Shown: positions 8,725 through 16,251 of the stretch, piece by piece | Layout: every line of letters begins with the position of its first letter | Position numbering within the stretch: position 1 is the stretch's first letter | Virus record (IMG/VR): IMGVR_UViG_3300044448_005507 | Span: 1 to 26,067 of that record | Strand: one strand, 5' to 3' | DNA from: a virus | Lineage: Duplodnaviria; Caudoviricetes | DNA: 26,067 nucleotides | Translations under genes and position numbers: made by a program | The notes under the pieces: model-generated | The model's input: the letters and a program-made list of their open reading frames with translations, nothing else | Databases searched by the model: none | What the model was told of the DNA's origin: nothing

Positions 8725-8827
8725 GAAGAAAAAAAATAAAAACAAGAGGGAAATAGAAGGATATTACATAGATGACAAAGGAATCAAAATATTGTATAAA
8801 AGAAAATATGGAGGACTATCAATATGA
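8693..8827 (+). CDS. 44-aa highly basic microprotein (not in the ORF track)
   Basis: MPKKKTNKQYKKKKNKNKREIEGYYIDDKGIKILYKRKYGGLSI*. It fills the gap between two genes and its TGA forms an ATGA overlap with the ATG at 8824. Confidence 0.55.
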   Translation: MPKKKTNKQYKKKKNKNKREIEGYYIDDKGIKILYKRKYGGLSI

Positions 8828-9219
8828 GCACTGAAAAAATGATATGGGTAACATTTAGAAAAGAAGGTATCCACAAGTATCCTGCGGCATTGGATGATCC
8901 AAAACTAGCAACAGGTGACGAGTACGATGTAAGTTTTCTAGGACATCCGCACAGACACATATTCCACTTTAAAGTGGCTATAGAAGTGTTCCACGATGAC
9001 AGAGACATAGAGTTCATACAATTCAAAAGATGGATGGAAAATATGTATGCAGATGGCACAATGAAACTTGATTTCAAATCTTGTGAAATGATATCAGATG
9101 ATTTGTATACAGCAATAACAAAAAGATATCCAGGTAGAAAAATTGAAATAGACGTAAGCGAAGATGGCGAGAATGGAAGCCATGCAGTTTACGAAAAACC
9201 AGTAATGGGTGGGATATAA
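8824..9219 (+). CDS. dpdL: T-fold QueD paralog, DpdL-type (predicted 7-carboxy-7-deazaguanine decarboxylase)
   Basis: LGHPHRHIF (8938-8964) matches LxxxHRHxF in place of the QueD motif CxxxHGHxY. The N-terminal metal His (EGIH), SCE and SEDGENG are present. SD GGAGG. Confidence 0.65.
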   Translation: MSTEKMIWVTFRKEGIHKYPAALDDPKLATGDEYDVSFLGHPHRHIFHFKVAIEVFHDDRDIEFIQFKRWMENMYADGTMKLDFKSCEMISDDLYTAITKRYPGRKIEIDVSEDGENGSHAVYEKPVMGGI

Positions 9220-9539
9220 TGAAAGAGATTCTTATACAACAAGACAGGGCAACAACTAGAATGGGACACTTACCTATAGAAGGTGGTGGCTTGAATGCTG
9301 GATACGACACAGTTGACGCAGTAGCGAACATCTGTACCACAGCAGGCAACCTTGGAATGAAGTATGGAAAAGATTTCATTTGGTCAGGTACTGATTGGAA
9401 TGATAATGACGACGACTGTATCACTTTGATGGTGAAGGAAGACAAGTATGAATCTTTCTTGCATCTTGCCCTACAGAATGATCACAGAATAAAACACACT
9501 AGTACGGGCGAAATTAAACTTATCAAGGAGAGAAAATAA
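9219..9539 (+). CDS. Hypothetical protein
   Basis: 106-aa ORF with a TAATG overlap with the upstream gene. Confidence 0.6.
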   Translation: MKEILIQQDRATTRMGHLPIEGGGLNAGYDTVDAVANICTTAGNLGMKYGKDFIWSGTDWNDNDDDCITLMVKEDKYESFLHLALQNDHRIKHTSTGEIKLIKERK

Positions 9540-9540
9540 A

Positions 9541-10110
9541 ATGAAGGTACCATACACTAACTTCAAAACAAGAGAAGGCGACACCGACGAGGTTGGTGGT
9601 TGCACATTTATTGGCGGAACATGGAAAGATGTTGATACAGAAGAACTTTTTGCAAATAAAAAAGTTATTGTGTTCTCACTTCCGGGTGCATTTACACCAA
9701 CTTGTTCTTCACAACAAGTTCCAGGCTATGAAGCAAAATACGAAGATTTTAAAAAGTTAGGCATTGACGAAATATACTGTTTGTCAGTAAATGATGCTTT
9801 TGTTATGAATGCTTGGTTTAAAGATCAAAATGTTAAAAGTATTAAACCTATAGGGGACGGAGAAGGCGTATTCACACAGGGTATGGGTATGTTGGTTAAC
9901 AAGCCTAAACAAGGGTTTGGTATGAGATCTTGGAGATACTCAATGTTTGTGAATAACGGTGAGATTGTAAAGATATTCGAAGAACCTGGTAAAAATAACG
10001 CCAGCGATGACGACGATCCTTTTACTGTATCAGATGCAGGCACAATGTTGAAATGGTATAAACAATTCCACGAAAGATCTAAAACTCCAAGATACAAGAA
10101 TGCCAGGTAA
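9541..10110 (+). CDS. Peroxiredoxin, Prx5 subfamily
   Basis: PGAFTPTCS peroxidatic motif, SVNDAFVMNAW and GMRSWRYSM. SD AAGGAG. Confidence 0.92.
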   Translation: MKVPYTNFKTREGDTDEVGGCTFIGGTWKDVDTEELFANKKVIVFSLPGAFTPTCSSQQVPGYEAKYEDFKKLGIDEIYCLSVNDAFVMNAWFKDQNVKSIKPIGDGEGVFTQGMGMLVNKPKQGFGMRSWRYSMFVNNGEIVKIFEEPGKNNASDDDDPFTVSDAGTMLKWYKQFHERSKTPRYKNAR

Positions 10111-10288
10111 TTGGGATGGAAAATCACGTCCTAGCAACAACAAATACAGGAGCAACTTTGATGACATTTTCAAAAAAAAGGAGTGTCCTTGCGGTAGATC
10201 ACCAACTGGTAGATGTATTGGTTGGCACGGCTTGACAGAGTCAGAATATCAAGTTAAACTAGCAGAATGGAAGGAAAAGAATAAATGA
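10100..10288 (+). CDS. Small protein with a CDGSH-like 3Cys-1His motif
   Basis: CPCGRSPTGRCIGWH. Overlaps both neighbours. Confidence 0.55.
   Translation: MPGNWDGKSRPSNNKYRSNFDDIFKKKECPCGRSPTGRCIGWHGLTESEYQVKLAEWKEKNK
10232..10260 (+). promoter_or_regulatory. Sigma70-type promoter embedded in the CDS upstream of the glycosyltransferase
   Basis: TTGACA (10232-10237), 17 bp, TAAACT (10255-10260). Confidence 0.55.
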
Positions 10289-11451
10289 AAATATTCTATA
10301 TGGGTTTAGAGTCGTATCAGGCAAGATACACTTTTCAATTAACAGACTGGACAAAAAGAGCATACGACAAACGTGGCGTAAAGTATGAAATTGTTCCAGG
10401 AGACACAATAGATGATTCAGAGGCTATTGTTACAGGACAAGTTTTAGATGCACATGGCAGAAGTTATTTTGCTATGAGTCAAATGATGAATCTTGTAAAA
10501 ATGCTTAAGGCAGGAGAGATCACAAGCAAGGACGCAATATTCTTTGAAGACATGTTCCAACCTGGCATGGAATCACTTCCTTATATTTTACAACAGACTC
10601 CAGAGAAGTATAGACCTACAATATATTTGAGATGCCTAGCACAGGCAATTGATCCCGATGACTTTGTTCACGTATGGGGCATGAGCAAATGGATGAGTCT
10701 GTACGAGGAGATGTGTAATGAGATTCCTAATGTTGTCATATTGGCCAGCAACGAAGAAATGGTTGCAAATATGAGGATAGCAAACTGGAAGGCTCCTATA
10801 TACAATGTTTCAGGATTAAGTTTTGGCAAAGAAGAAGTCCAAGGCAGAGTGGAACAAAAACCTTTTATGGAGAGAAAGAACAGAGTTGTGTTTGGTGCAA
10901 GATGGGATCAAGAGAAACAGCCACAGTTCTTCATGGATCTCATACAAGCATACAAGAAGAAACATCCAGAAACAGAATTTGCGATTTGTCAAGGTGGTCC
11001 TTTGAGATCTAACAACAAATATTATGTTGACGAAGCAAAACATCTGGCAAAAGAAGGACTACTTACAATCCATGAAGATTTGAAGAAAAACGATTACTAC
11101 AACATACTTGCTGATTCAAGAGTGTTATTCAATTGTGCTTTACAGGATTGGACATCGAACACTGTGTCTGAAGCAGATGCGTTAGGTTGTAATGTGTTGT
11201 TTCCGGCATACAGATCTTTCCCGGAAGTGTTCGCAAATGATCACACGAGATTGTATGTGCCTTGGTCACAGGAAGACGCAATGGCAAAACTAGAATTACT
11301 ATTAAGCAAACCATCCCCTAGTATGGGTCAAATATCCGATTGGACAGACGGCACAATCGACAGGATGTTGGACATCATGACAGGCAAGGGCGAACAATGG
11401 AGAAGAGATGGATCCCACTACAGGACACCAGTTTCCGAAAACAAATATTAA
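10285..11451 (+). CDS. GT-B fold glycosyltransferase (GT4-like)
   Basis: C-terminal domain with VVFGARWDQEKQP and QDWTSNTVSEADALG (a D-x7-E variant of the E-x7-E motif). Adjacent to galE. Confidence 0.75.
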   Translation: MKIFYMGLESYQARYTFQLTDWTKRAYDKRGVKYEIVPGDTIDDSEAIVTGQVLDAHGRSYFAMSQMMNLVKMLKAGEITSKDAIFFEDMFQPGMESLPYILQQTPEKYRPTIYLRCLAQAIDPDDFVHVWGMSKWMSLYEEMCNEIPNVVILASNEEMVANMRIANWKAPIYNVSGLSFGKEEVQGRVEQKPFMERKNRVVFGARWDQEKQPQFFMDLIQAYKKKHPETEFAICQGGPLRSNNKYYVDEAKHLAKEGLLTIHEDLKKNDYYNILADSRVLFNCALQDWTSNTVSEADALGCNVLFPAYRSFPEVFANDHTRLYVPWSQEDAMAKLELLLSKPSPSMGQISDWTDGTIDRMLDIMTGKGEQWRRDGSHYRTPVSENKY

Positions 11452-12439
11452 GCCATTGACAAGATCAGTGTTGGTCACTGGCGGTGCAGGATATGTTGGT
11501 TCACACACCTGCAAAATGTTGGCCAAGAACGGTTACGAACCAGTCACAGTGGACAGGTATTTCAGAGAAGGTCTAGTATCTTTTGGTCCTAATTACAATC
11601 TTGAACTTCCGCAGGAAGTCAACAGACTTGACGAGATAATAAAAAGACATAACATCACAAGTTGCATACACTTCGCTGGCAGTACAAGTGTGCCTGAAAG
11701 TGTACAAAATCCATCACTTTATTATAGAAATAATCTAATCTTAACTGTTAACTTGTTAGACAAATTAATTGAGTGTGGAGTTAAGACATTCGTTTACAGT
11801 TCAAGTGCGGCCACGTATGGTGATCCAGGACTTAAAATGTGCAAGGAATCAGATTGGGCAAAACCTATTAGTGCATACGGAGCCAGTAAATTAATGATGG
11901 AAATGGTGTGCAACAATTATCTAGGTGCTTACGGTTTGACCAGTGTAGGACTTAGATACTTCAACGCCGCAGGAGCAGATCCTGAGGGAGAAGTAGGCGA
12001 ATTACGAGAAAATGAAACGCACATTGTACCACTAGCAATAGAAGCCGCTAGGCAAGGTAATACTTTTAAGATGTTCGGAGATCAATATCCAACAGAGGAT
12101 GGCTCGTGTGTGAGAGATTATGTACACGTAATGGATCTAGCAGATGCACACATTAAGGCACTGAACTATGCATCTAACAATTTGGTATCTGAAGTGTTCA
12201 ATTTAGGATCGGGTGCACCTGCATCTAACAAACAACTGCTTGATACTGTACAGAAACACACTGGTAAGATGAACCTAGAGGTACATCCAAATAGGCCAGG
12301 AGATCCTGCTTACTTGGTTGCTGATATTACAAAAGCAAAGGAAATTTTAAAATGGGAACCAACACAAAGTTCTATTGACAATGTGGTGGCAACTGCTGTA
12401 AAATGGTATAATAAGATGCACAAAAAGGAAATACAATGA
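11408..12439 (+). CDS. galE: UDP-glucose 4-epimerase (start may be TTG 11456)
   Basis: TGGAGYVG, HFAG, SSSAATYG, YGASK (YxxxK), LRYFNAAGA, RDYVHVMDLA and RPGDP. Confidence 0.93.
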   Translation: MDPTTGHQFPKTNIKPLTRSVLVTGGAGYVGSHTCKMLAKNGYEPVTVDRYFREGLVSFGPNYNLELPQEVNRLDEIIKRHNITSCIHFAGSTSVPESVQNPSLYYRNNLILTVNLLDKLIECGVKTFVYSSSAATYGDPGLKMCKESDWAKPISAYGASKLMMEMVCNNYLGAYGLTSVGLRYFNAAGADPEGEVGELRENETHIVPLAIEAARQGNTFKMFGDQYPTEDGSCVRDYVHVMDLADAHIKALNYASNNLVSEVFNLGSGAPASNKQLLDTVQKHTGKMNLEVHPNRPGDPAYLVADITKAKEILKWEPTQSSIDNVVATAVKWYNKMHKKEIQ

Positions 12440-12657
12440 CAGACTCAGAAGAAAAACAAAGAGCATTAGATGCCACAATGGAAAATGAATCAAAAACAGA
12501 TTTTGGTCCAATGGTTCAAATCACTTTGAAAGAATACGACAAGTTAAAGGAAAGATCTAAATATATCACAGACAAAGACATGATTGCAGTGATTGATAAG
12601 ATCGAAGAATTAGTAAGAGCATTGAGAAAACACATAGTAAGATTAGACATAGAATAA
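12436..12657 (+). CDS. Hypothetical small helical protein
   Basis: ATGA and TAATG overlaps with galE and folE. SD AAGGA. Confidence 0.6.
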   Translation: MTDSEEKQRALDATMENESKTDFGPMVQITLKEYDKLKERSKYITDKDMIAVIDKIEELVRALRKHIVRLDIE

Positions 12658-13367
12658 TGGATGATACACTAAAAGATAGTTGGGTTCCTGAAGGACCTGT
12701 CAGTAAAACGATCAAGGACAGGATCAAAAAGGCAGGCAAGAGATTCCATTCTAATGACAACATCTCTGAATTCATAGAAGAAGGTGAGATGGATCTATTA
12801 CAGGCAGAAGTGCAGGAAAAGTTACAAGGTGTGTTAGACAGTCTTGTAATTGACACAGAAAACGATCACAACACACAGGAGACTGCAAAACGTGTGGCAA
12901 AGATGTACATCAGAGAAACATTTGGTGGTAGATTCAAACCAGCACCGAGGGTTACAAGTTTTCCCAACATGGGTTACAAGAGTATGTACACTAGTGGTCC
13001 AATATCAATTAGATCAACGTGTGCCCACCACTTCCAGAACATTGTAGGTAATGCTTGGGTAGGTATCATTCCAAACGGAGAAGTTATTGGATTGAGTAAG
13101 TTCAACAGGATTGTACATCACATAGTAGAAAGACCACAGATACAAGAAGAGATGACTACACAGATCGCAGATGAATTAAAAAGATATGCAAAGACAGATA
13201 ATCTTGCAGTCGTTGTAAAGGCAGAACACCATTGCATGACGCACAGAGGTGTAAGAGAACATGAATCGGACATGACAACTGCAATCATGTTGGGTGCTTT
13301 TAAGGAAGACCCTGCAACACGAGATGAATTTTATAAAATTTGCATGAGCATGAAGGGTCATGGGTAA
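12657..13367 (+). CDS. folE: GTP cyclohydrolase I
   Basis: ETAKRVAK, STCAHHF, IGLSKFNR, PQIQE and EHHCM. Confidence 0.95.
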   Translation: MDDTLKDSWVPEGPVSKTIKDRIKKAGKRFHSNDNISEFIEEGEMDLLQAEVQEKLQGVLDSLVIDTENDHNTQETAKRVAKMYIRETFGGRFKPAPRVTSFPNMGYKSMYTSGPISIRSTCAHHFQNIVGNAWVGIIPNGEVIGLSKFNRIVHHIVERPQIQEEMTTQIADELKRYAKTDNLAVVVKAEHHCMTHRGVREHESDMTTAIMLGAFKEDPATRDEFYKICMSMKGHG

Positions 13368-13638
13368 GAAAAAATTAACATCAGACAATATTAACGTCAC
13401 ATATAATTCCGATTCGTGGATGCCAAGCGATGGAATAACAATGATGGGCAGTAGCGGTACTGTTGATAGCATGGATCCGGATGGATTAACTTATTCGTTT
13501 GGCGATCTAGGACAACTGGATTTGTTTTCTGAAGAGGATATGAGAGGGAAATATCCAGCACTTAAACAAGCATGGGAACACTATCAAAGTGTGTTAGAAG
13601 TTTGTAAAACAAAAGAGAAGGAAGACGATGAGAATTAA
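13360..13638 (+). CDS. Hypothetical protein containing a QLDLF motif
   Basis: 92-aa ORF overlapping folE and guaC. Low-complexity N-terminus and a helical C-terminus (KYPALKQAWEHYQ). Confidence 0.6.
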   Translation: MGKKKLTSDNINVTYNSDSWMPSDGITMMGSSGTVDSMDPDGLTYSFGDLGQLDLFSEEDMRGKYPALKQAWEHYQSVLEVCKTKEKEDDEN

Positions 13639-14677
13639 TTACGACGCAAAATTAAATTTTGAGGATGTTTTACTACAACCAAAACGTTCTACACTCACAT
13701 CTCGTAGAGATGTTGATATGACAAGAAAGTTTACATTTAGGAATTCAGGCAAGGTAATGAACTTCACACCAATCTTTGCAAGTAACATGGACGGTGTTGG
13801 TACATTTAGCATGGCTAAAGTATTACAAGAACACAAGATGATGACTGTCATTACAAAAACTACTACACCAGACCAATGGAGAGCGGCAGTGGGCAACGGT
13901 GTAAGGCTACAAAGTGTATCTGTATGCACAGGAACCAACAAAGTATTTGACGACGAAGCAGAAGACTATCGTAATATGCAAGAAGTATTAAAAAGTTTTC
14001 CAGATGTTAAAATGATCACAATAGATGTTGCCAATGCATATCATCAAAACATGGTTGGCTTTGTTGCAAAAGTAAGAGAAGAGTATCCAGACAAAGTTAT
14101 TGTAGCAGGTAACGTGGTTACACCTGAAATGACAGAAGAATTAATCATTAATGGTGCTGACGTAGTTAAGATAGGAATAGGACCAGGATCAGTTTGTACA
14201 ACAAGAACAATGGCTGGTGTGGGTGTTCCACAATTTTCAGCAATACTAGATTGTGCAGATGCGGCCAACGGTGTTGATGGACACATAATGGCAGATGGTG
14301 GTTGCACACAACCAGGAGATATTGCAAAAGCATTAGGTGGTGGTGCACATATGGTCATGATCGGTGGTATGTTGGCAGGACACAACGAATCAGAAGTAGA
14401 GATAATTGATGGCAAAAGAGAATTTTACGGAATGAGTTCAGATCGTGCAAGAGAAATACATGGCAAAAGAAAAGATGGATACAGAGGTAATGAAGGAAGA
14501 CTGGTATCTTTGCCTGACAGAGGACCTGTTAATGACACAGTAGAAGATATTTTAGGCGGAGTTAGAAGTGCTTGTACATATATTGGTGCAAGAAGACTAA
14601 AAGATATGCCTAAGTGTGCAAGTTTTGTTACTACTAACAATGTAATTAATAAGGTTTATGAACAATTCACAAAGTAA
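13628..14677 (+). CDS. guaC: GMP reductase (GuaC type 1)
   Basis: DVLLQPKRSTLTSR, SNMDGVG, IDVAN, KIGIGPGSVCTTR, DGGC, FYGMSS and GGVRSACTYIGA. No CBS domains. Confidence 0.93.
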   Translation: MRINYDAKLNFEDVLLQPKRSTLTSRRDVDMTRKFTFRNSGKVMNFTPIFASNMDGVGTFSMAKVLQEHKMMTVITKTTTPDQWRAAVGNGVRLQSVSVCTGTNKVFDDEAEDYRNMQEVLKSFPDVKMITIDVANAYHQNMVGFVAKVREEYPDKVIVAGNVVTPEMTEELIINGADVVKIGIGPGSVCTTRTMAGVGVPQFSAILDCADAANGVDGHIMADGGCTQPGDIAKALGGGAHMVMIGGMLAGHNESEVEIIDGKREFYGMSSDRAREIHGKRKDGYRGNEGRLVSLPDRGPVNDTVEDILGGVRSACTYIGARRLKDMPKCASFVTTNNVINKVYEQFTK

Positions 14678-14942
14678 TATTAAAAAAGTTACACCATTAC
14701 ATGATTCCACTTGGTATGTAAAATGGTTTGGTGTATGTTTTATATGCCTAGCGGTATTATGTAGGTCAATACAGGAAGTACCTAAGGTTTATGATGTGTG
14801 CTTCTCTATAATAGGCACAGGGGCATGGCTTTGGGTTGGATATAAATGGCATGATCGAGCATTAATAGTTTTAAACACGATACTACTTGCTTTGTTGGTA
14901 TCAGGAGGGGCAAGGTATTTTGTACAATGGCTAATGATGTAA
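14658..14942 (+). CDS. Small 3-TM membrane protein (DUF6552-like)
   Basis: WYVKW...G...W.WVG..WHDRALIVLN pattern with three hydrophobic helices. Confidence 0.55.
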   Translation: MNNSQSNIKKVTPLHDSTWYVKWFGVCFICLAVLCRSIQEVPKVYDVCFSIIGTGAWLWVGYKWHDRALIVLNTILLALLVSGGARYFVQWLMM

Positions 14943-15391
14943 AGAAAAGTTATTTCACAACAGGACAGATGCGTAACGCACTTATCCAAATAGAAGATAA
15001 GATGGTGCATTCAAATTGGATGCCAGGTATAGTACTAGGTATTAACAGAGGTGGTTGCATACCAGGTGTGTATCTTTCACACAGGTTAAACGTACCTCAC
15101 GAGGTATTGGATATTAGATTGAGAGATCATAGCACCAAGCCAAATCTCACTACACTTGAAAAAGCCTTTGCATTCCAAAAGAAAATTTTGATTATCGATG
15201 ACATAAATGATTCGGGTGCAACGTTCGAATATATTTTAGATAACTTTGGCAAACACGAAGACAGAATTAGATTTGCGGCACTAATACACAACAAACCATC
15301 AAAAGTAAAAGTAGATTACCACGGATACGAGATTAACAAGGAAGAAGTACCCAGTTGGATCGTATTCCCATGGGAAGAGTGGGACAAATAA
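14927..15391 (+). CDS. Purine (xanthine/guanine) phosphoribosyltransferase-like protein
   Basis: GINRGG, PRPP-binding LIIDDINDSGAT and a Gpt-like C-terminal WIVFPWE. Confidence 0.85.
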   Translation: MANDVKKSYFTTGQMRNALIQIEDKMVHSNWMPGIVLGINRGGCIPGVYLSHRLNVPHEVLDIRLRDHSTKPNLTTLEKAFAFQKKILIIDDINDSGATFEYILDNFGKHEDRIRFAALIHNKPSKVKVDYHGYEINKEEVPSWIVFPWEEWDK

Positions 15392-15404
15392 ACTAAAGGT
15401 TGTG

Positions 15405-15434
15405 TTGACACAATCCAGGTAAACCAAGTACAAT
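15405..15434 (+). promoter_or_regulatory. Sigma70-type promoter for yhhQ
   Basis: TTGACA (15405-15410), 18 bp, TACAAT (15429-15434). SD AAGGAGG at 15457-15463. Confidence 0.65.
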
Positions 15435-15468
15435 TAACATACATTAATAAAACCTTAAGGAGGATTTA

Positions 15469-16116
15469 ATGTTTAAAACATTAATGGCAGGTGTTGACAA
15501 AACACTTGTAAGAAATCTAGTAATTTTACACACGGCAGTTATTGCCTTATCAAATTATCTAGTAACAATCAGATTTGATCTATTCCCTGGCGCGGACCTT
15601 CCATTGTTTGGATCGTTTCCATTAGCGGCGGCGGCATTTACATTTCCGATTGTTGTAGTAGCAACTGACTTGACAGTTAGGTTGGTTGGCAAAGAAGCAG
15701 GAAGGGCCGTTGTTGCAATGGCAATCATTCCGGCTATTGTTGCATCAGTACTTGTACTGTTGGCATTAGGTGACCCACACGCATACAGAGTTGGATTTGC
15801 AAGTGGTACTGCTTATGCTATTGGTACTATGCTTGATGTATATGTTTTCCAAGCAATCAGAGAGAAGTCAAAGGCATGGTGGGCGGCACCGGCAATCTCA
15901 ACTATTGCGGCAAACATAATTGATACCTATTCATTCTTTTACGTTGCGTTTGCAGGATCGTTAGATGCTGAAGGCAACCTATCATGGATTGGTGCAAACT
16001 GGCACGTTGTTGCACAAAACAACACATTGACTAAAATTGTAGTTGGTCTAATAGTATTCTTACCAGCATATGGTATCCTATTAAACAGATTGCAAGTGAT
16101 AGGCAAAAAGAAATAG
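15469..16116 (+). CDS. yhhQ: Queuosine-precursor (preQ0/preQ1) transporter, YhhQ/VUT family
   Basis: About 6 TM helices. Motifs IALSNYLV, FTFP...ATDLTVR..G...GR, ASGTAY.IG.MLDVYVF and IDT..F..VAF. Confidence 0.88.
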   Translation: MFKTLMAGVDKTLVRNLVILHTAVIALSNYLVTIRFDLFPGADLPLFGSFPLAAAAFTFPIVVVATDLTVRLVGKEAGRAVVAMAIIPAIVASVLVLLALGDPHAYRVGFASGTAYAIGTMLDVYVFQAIREKSKAWWAAPAISTIAANIIDTYSFFYVAFAGSLDAEGNLSWIGANWHVVAQNNTLTKIVVGLIVFLPAYGILLNRLQVIGKKK

Positions 16117-16117
16117 T

Positions 16118-16201
16118 ATGAAAGACAAAATCTACACAGGAGCCGGTATACTAGCAGTAATACTAGCGGTGACGGCTGTTGTGGCATTCACACTATTGTA
16201 A
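16118..16201 (+). CDS. 27-aa single-TM microprotein (not in the ORF track)
   Basis: MKDKIYTGAGILAVILAVTAVVAFTLL*. Starts 1 nt after the yhhQ stop and ends just before a hairpin. Confidence 0.5.
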   Translation: MKDKIYTGAGILAVILAVTAVVAFTLL

Positions 16202-16205
16202 GTTT

Positions 16206-16235
16206 TTGGGGGATTATTTTCCCCCAACTACTCTT
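16206..16235 (+). terminator. Hairpin, probable intrinsic terminator with a weak U-tract
   Basis: TTGGGGGA (16206-16213) pairs with TCCCCCAA (16220-16227): a perfect 8-bp stem with a 6-nt loop, followed by CTACTCTT. Confidence 0.6.
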
Positions 16236-16238
16236 CCA

Positions 16239-16246
16239 TCTAAATA
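16239..16246 (+). promoter_or_regulatory. TCTAAATA putative late-type promoter element
   Basis: Lies just after the terminator, 5 nt before ATG 16252, with no SD. Confidence 0.55.
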
Positions 16247-16251
16247 CTTAC

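Noticed and set aside
13628-14677. IMP dehydrogenase (guaB)
   Set aside because: The length, absence of CBS domains, and the PKRSTL.SR and SACTY.GA motifs fit GuaC.
15366-15396. Possible preQ1-I riboswitch upstream of yhhQ (short stem plus an AAATAAACTAA tail)
   Set aside because: The loop lacks the conserved preQ1-I residues needed to pair with the tail. It lies in the PRTase coding end (FPWEEWDK*) and upstream of the yhhQ promoter.
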